The notes under the pieces: model-generated
Told to the model about the DNA's origin: nothing
The model's input: the letters and a program-made list of their open reading frames with translations, nothing else
The model's database searches: none
Program-made: the position numbers and the translations under genes
In this document: positions 17,047 through 24,620 of the stretch, one piece after another
Layout of the letters: every line of letters starts with the position of its first letter
Position numbering within the stretch: position 1 is the first letter of the stretch
Source: an uncultured Chloroflexia bacterium
GTDB taxonomy: Bacteria > Chloroflexota > Limnocylindria > Limnocylindrales > CSP1-4
NCBI GenBank assembly: GCA_963825545.1
Contig: CAWGTR010000006.1
Location: forward strand, 223,475-287,474
Direction of reading: 5' to 3'
Length of the DNA stretch: 64,000 bases

Positions 17047-18519
17047 ATGAGCTCGCAGGAACTCCTCACGATCGCCCCGCTCGTGACGGCCATCCTGGTA
17101 GCCGCGGCGGTCATCGTCGTCGACCTCGTACGGCCCGGCGCGCGCACCGAGCCACTCGTCGTCGCGCTGGTCGGGCTGGCGATCGTCGCCGCGGTCACGG
17201 TCGTGTCCGGGGCGAACCCGGGCGACGCCTTCGGCGGCGCCTACCGGGTGGACGCGCTGACGACGCTGCTCGACCTGCTGTTCGTCGCGATCATCGCCTT
17301 CACGCTGCTCTTCGCGCCCGACTACCTGGCGGCCCGGAACCTGCCGCTGGCCGAGTTCGCGGCCGTGCTCGTGTTCGCGATGACCGGGGCGATGCTCATC
17401 TCCGCGTCGATGGACCTGCTCGTGCTCTTCCTCGGGCTCGAGTTGATGGTCCTGCCAGGCTACCTGCTGGCCGGGTTCGCCAAGCGCGACTCGCTGTCGA
17501 CGGAAGGCGCGATCAAGTACTTCCTCCTCGGCTCGTTCAGCTCGGCGATCTTCCTGTTCGGGCTGTCGTTCGTCTGGGGCCTCACCGGGTCGACCCGGAT
17601 CGCCGCGGTCGCGTCGAGCCTCGGCGCGGTGGTCGCGGGCACCGCGCCGCTGTCCCCGGGGCTGGCAATGGGGCTCGCGTTCCTGACGACCGGCGTGGCG
17701 TTCAAGATCGCCGCGGTGCCGTTCCACTACTGGACGCCGGACGCCTACCAGGGCTCGCCCACGCCGGTCACCGGCTACCTGTCGGTCGGCCCCAAGATCG
17801 GCGCCTTCGCGCTGATCCTGCGCCTGTTCGTGGGCGCCCTCGGTCCGCTCCACGCCGACTGGCTGGTGGTGATCGTGATCCTGTCGACGATCACGATGAC
17901 GCTCGGCAACTTCGTGGCCATCACCCAGGACAACGTCAAGCGGATGCTCGCCTACTCGTCGATCGCGCACACGGGCTACATGCTCGTCGGGCTGGCCGCC
18001 TGGGCGAGCCCGAACTCGCGCATCGAGGGCATCGAGGGCCTGCTCTTCTACGCGGTCGCCTACAGCTTCATGAACCTCGGCGCGTTCGCCGTCGTGGCCG
18101 CGCTCCAGCGCCGGCGCGGGGTCACCAGCAGCATCGACACGTTCGCCGGCCTCGGCGCCCGCGAGCCCGCGCTGGCGATCCTGATGACCCTGTTCCTGCT
18201 GTCCCTGACCGGGATCCCGCCGACGGCCGGCTTCTTCGCCAAGGCGTTTGTGATCCTGGCCGGCGTCGAAGCCGGTGGGGCGGCGGCCGTGCTGGCGGTC
18301 ATCGCAGTGCTCAACGCCGCGGTCGCCGCGTTCTACTACCTGCGCGTCGTCGTCTACATGTTCATGCGCGACGCCAAGGGCGAGCCGGTGCCCCTCGAGA
18401 AGAGCGGCATCCTGCGGGTGGGCCTCGCCGGCACGGCGTTCCTGACGATCGTCCTCGGGCTGTTCCCCGGAGCGCTCGTCCAGGTCGTCGAGAACGCCGC
18501 GCGCGCCCTCGTCTCCTAG
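17047..18519 (+). CDS. nuoN: NADH-quinone oxidoreductase subunit N
   Basis: LGLELMVLPGYLLAGF, VPFHYWTPDAYQGSPTPVTGYLS and AYSSIAHTGYML. Confidence 0.95.
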   Translation: MSSQELLTIAPLVTAILVAAAVIVVDLVRPGARTEPLVVALVGLAIVAAVTVVSGANPGDAFGGAYRVDALTTLLDLLFVAIIAFTLLFAPDYLAARNLPLAEFAAVLVFAMTGAMLISASMDLLVLFLGLELMVLPGYLLAGFAKRDSLSTEGAIKYFLLGSFSSAIFLFGLSFVWGLTGSTRIAAVASSLGAVVAGTAPLSPGLAMGLAFLTTGVAFKIAAVPFHYWTPDAYQGSPTPVTGYLSVGPKIGAFALILRLFVGALGPLHADWLVVIVILSTITMTLGNFVAITQDNVKRMLAYSSIAHTGYMLVGLAAWASPNSRIEGIEGLLFYAVAYSFMNLGAFAVVAALQRRRGVTSSIDTFAGLGAREPALAILMTLFLLSLTGIPPTAGFFAKAFVILAGVEAGGAAAVLAVIAVLNAAVAAFYYLRVVVYMFMRDAKGEPVPLEKSGILRVGLAGTAFLTIVLGLFPGALVQVVENAARALVS

Positions 18520-18552
18520 CCCGCGGTCTCCCCGCCCCGCGGCGGCGCGCCG

Positions 18553-19485
18553 TCAACCGGCCTCGGCTTCGATCGTACTGGCGACCAGCGACAGGACGCG
18601 TGCCGCGTCGTGCGGCGTGGCCAGGAAGCCGTCGGCGCGCTCCACGACCTCCGGCGGCGTCTCGTAGGCGCCGTGCACGGCGAGCGCGAGGCCCTGGGGC
18701 AGCCGGCCGGCGGCCCGCGCCTCGGCGATCGCGGCGAAGGCCTCGGCGTCGCTCCGGTCGTCGCCGAGGACGATCGCGGCACCGAACGGCCGGCTCGCCA
18801 GGAGCCGGGCGACCGCCGCTCCCTTCCCCCCGGCACCGGCCGGACGGAGCTCGACGATCCGGCGGCCGCGGAAGCGGGTGAGACGGTCGTGCCCGGTCTC
18901 GGGACCGAGCACCCGGTCCAGGGCGGCCTCGACCGACCGACCGGCGACGTCGGGATCCGGCGCGGCGCGGAAGTGGAACGCGACGGATGGGCCCTTGTCC
19001 TCGACGTACAGCCAGGCCGGCGAGCCAAGCTCACGGGCGACGGCCGTCCCGACCTCACGGGCGACGGCCGTCCCGACCTCGCGGGCGAGAGCCGTCGTCG
19101 CGTCGAGCGCCGGGTCCACGGCCAGCGACAGGCCGGCGATCCGGCCGCCCCTGGCCAGCCGCCCCTCCTGGAGCCCGTGGTCGCCGAGGTAGCCGACGCC
19201 ACCGACCCGGACCCGGGCGACGAGATCGGCCACCGTCCGTCCGCTCAGGACGACGACGCCCAGGCGCGCCGGTCGCGCGTCCGCGAGCCGGGCCAGCCGG
19301 CGCAGGGCGGTCCGCCCGAGCGGATCGATGGCCGCCGCCATCGGGTCGGGTGAGACCCGGGCGAGGGTCCCGTCGAAATCGGTCACGACCAGGAGCGGAC
19401 CGGGCGCCGCGGCGACGGCCCGGACAAGTCCGCGGATGTTCGGCCAGGGCTCTACCGGTGGGCCGGCCGCCGCGGCCGGGTTCAG
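18553..19485 (-). CDS. otsB: trehalose-6-phosphate phosphatase (HAD-IIB) domain region; no usable start codon in its own frame
   Basis: LLVVTDFDGTLARV, VVLSGRTV and LGDDRSDAEAF are HAD motifs. Upstream of the HAD motif this frame has no ATG/GTG/TTG until 19827, and that stretch is Arg-rich junk overlapping a better frame. Confidence 0.7.
   Translation of the reverse strand: MNPAAAAGPPVEPWPNIRGLVRAVAAAPGPLLVVTDFDGTLARVSPDPMAAAIDPLGRTALRRLARLADARPARLGVVVLSGRTVADLVARVRVGGVGYLGDHGLQEGRLARGGRIAGLSLAVDPALDATTALAREVGTAVAREVGTAVARELGSPAWLYVEDKGPSVAFHFRAAPDPDVAGRSVEAALDRVLGPETGHDRLTRFRGRRIVELRPAGAGGKGAAVARLLASRPFGAAIVLGDDRSDAEAFAAIAEARAAGRLPQGLALAVHGAYETPPEVVERADGFLATPHDAARVLSLVASTIEAEAG
19030..19101. 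repeat. 24-bp tandem duplication inside otsB (2 perfect units plus 1 degenerate)
   Basis: CTCACGGGCGACGGCCGTCCCGAC occurs at 19030-19053 and 19054-19077, followed by a diverged third unit. It encodes AREVGTAV-AREVGTAV-ARELG. Confidence 0.85.
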
Positions 19486-19805
19486 GGCGACGCCGACGCT
19501 CCGCCGCTCGGGGCGGCCGAGCCGGACGGGGCGACGGACGGGAGCAGCGGGCTCGGGGAGGTCGACCCGGGGATCGCCGACGCGCCGCCCGACGGCAGCG
19601 CGGACGGGGAGGGCAGCGCCGATCCCGAGGCCGAGGGCATGGCCGACGGGCTCGGGGATGCCGAGCTGGACGGCGCGACGGTCGGCGTCGGGGTCGGGGT
19701 CGGGTGGACGGGCCCCGGAACGAAGGCCACGGCCGCCGCGATCAGCAGCGCCGCCGCCGCGGCGCCGGCGAGCAGCGCGAGGACAAGGGCAAGGCGCGGC
19801 GGCAT
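19482..19805 (-). CDS. TM anchor plus Pro/Ser/Thr/Ala-rich linker ORF (107 aa), possibly the true N-terminus of otsB
   Basis: MPPRLALVLALLAGAAAAALLIAAAVAF followed by PTPTPTPT/PS-rich sequence. GC3-rich codons make this the coding frame between 19485 and 19805. It ends at a TGA created directly after a CCC run. Confidence 0.5.
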   Translation of the reverse strand: MPPRLALVLALLAGAAAAALLIAAAVAFVPGPVHPTPTPTPTVAPSSSASPSPSAMPSASGSALPSPSALPSGGASAIPGSTSPSPLLPSVAPSGSAAPSGGASASP

Positions 19806-19872
19806 GGCGGGAGGGTACCAGTACCATGCGGCCGCGGCGCCCTCATCGGGGAACGGCTAGGATGACGGCCCC

Positions 19873-20583
19873 ATGCGCACCGTCTTCGACCGGGTCCAGC
19901 GCCGCCTGGTGCCCGCCCTCCTGGCAGCACTCGGCGTCTCGCTCATCGCGGCCGGTCTGCTCAGCTACACCGCCCCGGTCGACGCCACCCCGGCGCCGTC
20001 GGGGAGTCAGTCCGTCGCCGGCGCGAGCCCGACGGCGAGCGCGCTGTTGACGTTCCCGCCGCTCGTCAGCCCGAGCCCGTCGGCCAGCGCCGGCGCCTCG
20101 CCGGGCAAGGTCGCGGTGGCCTCCCGGGTGGTCGTCCCGGCGCTGGACATCGACCTGCCGATCATCCGCCAGCCCGGCGGCGCGAACGCGTTCCCGCCGT
20201 GCAACGTGGCGATGTACCTCCAGCAGCTCCACCAGCCGGGGCAGCCGGGTCCGACGTACATCTACGCTCACGCGCGGACGGGCATGTTCCTGCCGATCCT
20301 GACCGCGTCGAAGATCGACAACGGCCGGCGGATGATCGGGATGCTCGTCGAGGTCTACACGACCGACGACCAGCTCTACCTGTACGAGGTGATCCAGGTC
20401 CGGCGCCACGTCACGACGCTCGACGGCGCGATGGCGGAGAAGCGCGAGACGCTCTGGCTGCAGACCTCGGAGGGACCGGTCGGGACGATCGAGAAGACCC
20501 AGCTCGTGGCCCTCCCGCTCGGTCATGCCCCGGCCGACCACAAGGAGGCGAACCCGAAGCCGAACCCGGTCTTCTGCCACTGA
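19873..20583 (+). CDS. membrane-anchored exported protein with a sortase-like domain (tentative)
   Basis: N-terminal TM (LVPALLAALGVSLIAAGLL), a PSA-rich linker, then RVVVPALDIDLPII, YIYAHARTGMF and ETLWLQTSEGP, which resemble sortase landmarks but with Ser at the TLxTC Cys position. Confidence 0.55.
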   Translation: MRTVFDRVQRRLVPALLAALGVSLIAAGLLSYTAPVDATPAPSGSQSVAGASPTASALLTFPPLVSPSPSASAGASPGKVAVASRVVVPALDIDLPIIRQPGGANAFPPCNVAMYLQQLHQPGQPGPTYIYAHARTGMFLPILTASKIDNGRRMIGMLVEVYTTDDQLYLYEVIQVRRHVTTLDGAMAEKRETLWLQTSEGPVGTIEKTQLVALPLGHAPADHKEANPKPNPVFCH

Positions 20584-20626
20584 GCCGTGCTGGGTGCGGG
20601 GTCGCCCGCGGGCCGCGATCGGGTCG

Positions 20627-21688
20627 CTAGATCCAGTTGATCCGGCGGAGGAGGTAGGCCATCAGGAACGCCAGCCCGATGATCGCGGCGGTCACCAGCC
20701 AGAAGCCGGCCGCCTCGGTGCCGGCGAATGCCGCGCCAGCCTCACTCATCCCGAAGATCCCGCCGAGCGCGCCAATCCCCGCCAGCACGACCGTCACCCC
20801 GGTCAGCCGCTTCATGATCAGCGACAGGTTGTTGTTGACCGTCGAGAGGTAGACGTCGAGGGTCCCGCTGACGAGTTCGCGGTAGGTGTCGAGCTCGTCG
20901 GTGAGGCGGATCAGGTGGTCATAGACGTCGCGGAAGTAGACGATCTCCGCGCTGTCGACGAGCGCGAGGTCGCGGTTCGTGAGCTGGTTGAAGATCTCGC
21001 GGACGGGCCCCGCCGCGCGACGGATCGCGACGAGCTCCCGCTTGAGCTCGAACAGCCGCTCGAGGGTCTGCGGGTCGCCCTTCTCGATCACGGCATCCTG
21101 GATCAGGTCGATCTCGTCGCCGAGCTTGTCCATGAGCGGGAAGTAGCCGTCGACGAGGTCGTCGCAGATCGCCCACAGCAGGTGGTCGGGGCCATGCGCC
21201 AGGACGAGCTCGAAGCCACCGGCCTTGAGGTGGTGGATCGCCCGGGGGTCCCAGTCTGAATCGTGGACCGTGAGCAGGAATCCTTCGCCGAGCACGACGT
21301 CGATCTCGCTCGGCACGATCGGGTCGCCGTACTCGAGCGCGAACAGCACGATGTGGATCAGGTCGTCGGTGACCTCGATCTTCGCCCGCTGGTTACCCTC
21401 GAGGATGTCCTCCGCGATGAGCTCGTGCAGCCCGAGCGCCTGGGTGATCGCAGCGACCTGGTCGGGCGACGGCCCGCTCGCGTCGATCCAGACGGAGCCG
21501 TCGGCCGGGATGGATGTCGGGATCGACGCGAGCCCTTCGGCCTCGCGGACCGCGGACCCGGCCCGCTCGAAGACGCGGATCCGCCCGTCGCCCGCGCCGA
21601 CGGCGTCGTGGTGGACACGATGAGCGAACCCGTCGAGCGGATCCGAGCGCGGCTCAGAGCGCGAGGGTCGGCTCCGTTTCCTCGCCAT
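20627..21688 (-). CDS. corA: CorA-family divalent cation transporter (signature reads GMS instead of GMN)
   Basis: Cytoplasmic CorA domain (LHELIAEDILEGNQRAKIEV...) with two C-terminal TMs and GGIFGMSE. ATG 21688 was chosen; the longer ORF start at 21928 is Arg-rich junk. Confidence 0.8.
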   Translation of the reverse strand: MARKRSRPSRSEPRSDPLDGFAHRVHHDAVGAGDGRIRVFERAGSAVREAEGLASIPTSIPADGSVWIDASGPSPDQVAAITQALGLHELIAEDILEGNQRAKIEVTDDLIHIVLFALEYGDPIVPSEIDVVLGEGFLLTVHDSDWDPRAIHHLKAGGFELVLAHGPDHLLWAICDDLVDGYFPLMDKLGDEIDLIQDAVIEKGDPQTLERLFELKRELVAIRRAAGPVREIFNQLTNRDLALVDSAEIVYFRDVYDHLIRLTDELDTYRELVSGTLDVYLSTVNNNLSLIMKRLTGVTVVLAGIGALGGIFGMSEAGAAFAGTEAAGFWLVTAAIIGLAFLMAYLLRRINWI

Positions 21689-23366
21689 CGATCGTCCGCG
21701 AGCCTCCCTCGTGGCGAGTGCCCTCGCCGACGTCGCCGGACCCGACCGCCGGCGAGTCGTCCGCCAGCATACGCGTCCGGCGGGTCCCGAGCGCGAGCGC
21801 CGGGAGGACCGCGGCGGCGACCACGATCGCCGCAGCGAGGAACAGCCCGACCATGATCCGGGACGCCTCGCCCGACGCCCAGCGCTCGAGGGCGGCCACC
21901 ACCAGCCCGTCGTCGAACGGCCGGCCAACGAGGTTGGGCGGGAGGAACTGCTGGTACGCGTCGGGCGTGGCGCTGATCGCCTGGCTCAGCCGATCGATCG
22001 TCGTCGAGCCATACGCCGTGAGCACGGCGAGCCCGACCGCCATCCCCATCATCCGGGCGACGGTCACGGTCGCCGAAGCCATCCCGAATGCCGCCCGGCC
22101 GGCGGCCTCGACCGCGGCCGTGGAGCGCGGCGTCACGGTCAGCCCGAACCCGGCCCCGAACAACGCCACCGCCAGGGCCGCGCTGGGGATCGTGGTCGCC
22201 GGCGTCCAGCCGGCCATGGCGACCAGACCGACCCCGCAGGCCAGCAGGCCGGCGAGGGTCACCAGCCGGAGCGACAGCCGGCGCACGGCGAAGCCGGCCA
22301 CGAGGGCCCCGATCGCGGTCGTGGCGGCCAGCGAGCCGAGCACGACCTGCTGCTCGGCCGGGCCGCCGTAGAGCACCCGATCGACGAACACAGCGGCCCC
22401 CACGATCGCCGTCGCGAACGCGTACCCGGTGAGGAGCGAGATCAGCGCGGCCGACGAGAACTCCACCGAGCGGAACAGCCGGACGTCGATGAACGGATCC
22501 CGCCGGACCAGTCCACCGGCGATCGCCAGCCCGAGGCCGGCGACCGCGACGACGAACAAGCCGGCGATCAGGACTGGCGTGGGCACGCCCAGCGTCGTGC
22601 CGTCCGCCGGACTGCCGAGCAGGGTCAGCCCGAGCAGCCCCGCTCCGAGCCCGAGCGTGAACGCGACGGCCCCGCCGATGTCGACCCGGCCGGCCCGGCG
22701 CGGCGTCTCCCAGCCGGTGTCGGCGGCCCAGGCGATCGCCAGGGCGACGATCCCGATCGGGACGTTGATGTAGAAGACCCAGCGCCACGCCGGCACGAGC
22801 AGCGAGCCGAGCGGCCCGCCGGCGACGCCGGCCGCCGCCAGGGCCGATTCGGCGTGGATCGTCCGGAGCAGGGCGGCGCCGAGGAATGGGCCGGCGGCCA
22901 TGCCCAGGAAGGTCAGGGCACCGATCGCGCCGAGCGCCCGCGGTCGCGCCGAGCCGCCGTACAGGTGCGCCGCGGCGGCGGTGGCCACGGGTACGAGCGC
23001 CCCGCCACCGACCGCCTGGATGAGCCGCGCCGCAATCAGCCAGTCGAGGCTCTGGGCCGCGCCGGCGAGGAGCGATCCGAAGGTGAACGCCACGAGGGCC
23101 CCGAGGAACAGCCGCCGGGTCCCCCAGATGTCGGCGAGCCGGCCGGCCAACGGCATCGTCGCGACGTACACGAGGAGGTAGCCGTTGACGATCCAGGATG
23201 CCCGGCGTAGCTGGGTCCAGGCATCGATCTCGGCGATCCCCTCCTTGTGCGCCATGTCGACGATGATCGACGGCAGGGCGACGGCGGTGATCATCAGCTC
23301 GAGGCCGGCGAGGAAGACCCCGACGCCGAGCACGCCGAGCAGCAGGAGATTCTCGCGGCGTCGCAT
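21654..23366 (-). CDS. MFS transporter, 14-TMS DHA2/EmrB-like
   Basis: MRRRENLLLLGVLGVGVFLAGLELMITAVALPSI..., MPLAGRLADIWGTRR and many TM segments. This is the C-terminal part of a 972-aa composite track ORF. Confidence 0.85.
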   Translation of the reverse strand: MRRRENLLLLGVLGVGVFLAGLELMITAVALPSIIVDMAHKEGIAEIDAWTQLRRASWIVNGYLLVYVATMPLAGRLADIWGTRRLFLGALVAFTFGSLLAGAAQSLDWLIAARLIQAVGGGALVPVATAAAAHLYGGSARPRALGAIGALTFLGMAAGPFLGAALLRTIHAESALAAAGVAGGPLGSLLVPAWRWVFYINVPIGIVALAIAWAADTGWETPRRAGRVDIGGAVAFTLGLGAGLLGLTLLGSPADGTTLGVPTPVLIAGLFVVAVAGLGLAIAGGLVRRDPFIDVRLFRSVEFSSAALISLLTGYAFATAIVGAAVFVDRVLYGGPAEQQVVLGSLAATTAIGALVAGFAVRRLSLRLVTLAGLLACGVGLVAMAGWTPATTIPSAALAVALFGAGFGLTVTPRSTAAVEAAGRAAFGMASATVTVARMMGMAVGLAVLTAYGSTTIDRLSQAISATPDAYQQFLPPNLVGRPFDDGLVVAALERWASGEASRIMVGLFLAAAIVVAAAVLPALALGTRRTRMLADDSPAVGSGDVGEGTRHEGGSRTIDGEETEPTLAL

Positions 23367-23421
23367 CGGCCGAGTGTAGCCGGGCGACCCCGAAGCACCG
23401 TCCGCGGGGCGCCGGCGATGG

Positions 23422-23450
23422 TTGACACACGCGGTTCCCGGTCGTAGCAT
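23422..23450 (+). promoter_or_regulatory. sigma-70-like promoter: TTGACA, 17 nt spacer, TAGCAT
   Basis: TTGACA at 23422-23427 and TAGCAT at 23445-23450 with an exact 17-nt spacer, in the MFS/arsR divergent gap. Confidence 0.6.
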
Positions 23451-23478
23451 CAACAGCGATTTATATAAATCCGTGTTG
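23451..23478. promoter_or_regulatory. AT-rich inverted repeat, candidate ArsR-type operator
   Basis: CAACAgcGATTTATATAAATCcgTGTTG. The core GATTTATATAAATC (23458-23471) is a perfect 14-bp palindrome and the outer CAACA/TGTTG arms also pair. It sits just downstream of the -10 and spans the likely arsR start. Confidence 0.6.
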
Positions 23479-23898
23479 AGCCATCCGTCGCTCGACGCCC
23501 CTCGGAGCCGTCTCCTGAGCCCCTCCCCGGTCCGCATCCGCTCGACCATCGCGTCCGTCGTCGACCAGCCCGACGAGCTGCGCCAGGTGCGCCAGTTCCA
23601 CCGGGCGCTGGCCGACGTCAACCGGCTGCGGATCGTCCAGCGGCTGGCAGACGGCGCGGCGACCGTGACCGAGCTCATCGAGCACGTCGGACTGTCCCAG
23701 CCGCTCGTCAGCTGGCACCTCGGCAAGCTCCGCGCATCGGGCATCGTCACCACCCGCCGGAGCGGCCGCGAGACGCTGTGCAGCCTCCGCCGGGACGCCT
23801 TCGACGAGGCGCTCGCCCGGGAACGAGCCCTGCTCGGTCTCGGCCTCCCCGTGCTGCCCGGCCGAACCGCCGGCACGACGGACGAGCCGGCGTCATGA
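23473..23898 (+). CDS. ArsR/SmtB-family winged-helix transcriptional regulator
   Basis: FHRALADVNRLRIVQRLADGAATVTELIEHVGLSQPLVSWHLGKLRASGIV. The start is uncertain: GTG 23473 was chosen because TTG 23422 is the -35 box. The stop overlaps the next start (ATGA). Confidence 0.75.
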   Translation: MLSHPSLDAPRSRLLSPSPVRIRSTIASVVDQPDELRQVRQFHRALADVNRLRIVQRLADGAATVTELIEHVGLSQPLVSWHLGKLRASGIVTTRRSGRETLCSLRRDAFDEALARERALLGLGLPVLPGRTAGTTDEPAS

Positions 23899-24608
23899 CC
23901 GCCACGAAGCCGACGGGCGGCGGCTCGCTCGTCCGGCCCGAGACCCGGACGAGGGTCAAGAAGCTGGGCGAGCCCGTCGCTCTGTTCTTCGGCCGTCTCG
24001 GGCTCACCCCGAACGGGCTCACCCTGATCGGATTCGGCATCACCGTCCTTGGCGCGGTGCTGGTGGGCTTCCAGTACTGGCTGATCGGCGGGATCGTCGT
24101 CTTCCTCGGCGGGGTGTTCGACATGTTCGACGGGACACTGGCCCGGGCGACCGGCAAGGTCAGCCCGCTCGGCGCGTTCATGGACTCGGTCTTCGATCGC
24201 TGGGGCGAGGCCTTCGTCTATGTCGGCGTCATCGCCGGCCTGGCCGGGGCCGGCTGGGACGTCGGCGGACCGGTCCTGGCCGCCGCTGCCATGGGCTCGG
24301 CGTTCATGGTCAGCTACACCCGCGCCAAGTCCGAAGGGCTTGGGTTCACCGAGGGGACCGGGATGGCCGCGGTCGGATTGATGCCCCGCGAGGTGCGGCT
24401 CATTGTCCTGTCGGCTGGGCTCATCCTCGGTGGGATCGTTGGGACCGAGGTGATTGACCGCGGCTTCTCGATCGGCGGGACCACGGTTCCGGCGGGCATC
24501 GTCCTCATCGAGGTCGCGCTGGGCATCATCACCCTGGGCGCGACCATCACCGTCATCCAGCGCATCCTCCATGTCAGGCAGCAGGCCGTCGCGCGCGACG
24601 GGAAGTAG
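23895..24608 (+). CDS. pgsA: CDP-alcohol phosphatidyltransferase, phosphatidylinositol-phosphate synthase-like
   Basis: DMFDGTLARATGKVSPLGAFMDSVFDR matches the D-x2-DG-x2-AR...G-x3-D-x3-D motif. Polytopic, and immediately upstream of ino1. Confidence 0.8.
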   Translation: MTATKPTGGGSLVRPETRTRVKKLGEPVALFFGRLGLTPNGLTLIGFGITVLGAVLVGFQYWLIGGIVVFLGGVFDMFDGTLARATGKVSPLGAFMDSVFDRWGEAFVYVGVIAGLAGAGWDVGGPVLAAAAMGSAFMVSYTRAKSEGLGFTEGTGMAAVGLMPREVRLIVLSAGLILGGIVGTEVIDRGFSIGGTTVPAGIVLIEVALGIITLGATITVIQRILHVRQQAVARDGK

Positions 24609-24620
24609 GGAGACAGTCAG

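Noticed and set aside
19486-19827. ATG 19827 as the otsB start
   Set aside because: It would add about 110 Arg-rich residues that fully overlap a better-supported GC3-rich frame encoding a TM plus PST linker.
21654-24572. 972-aa minus-strand ORF read as one protein
   Set aside because: Only 21654-23366 (the MFS transporter) is coding. The upstream part runs antisense through the promoter/operator, arsR and the PIP synthase gene.
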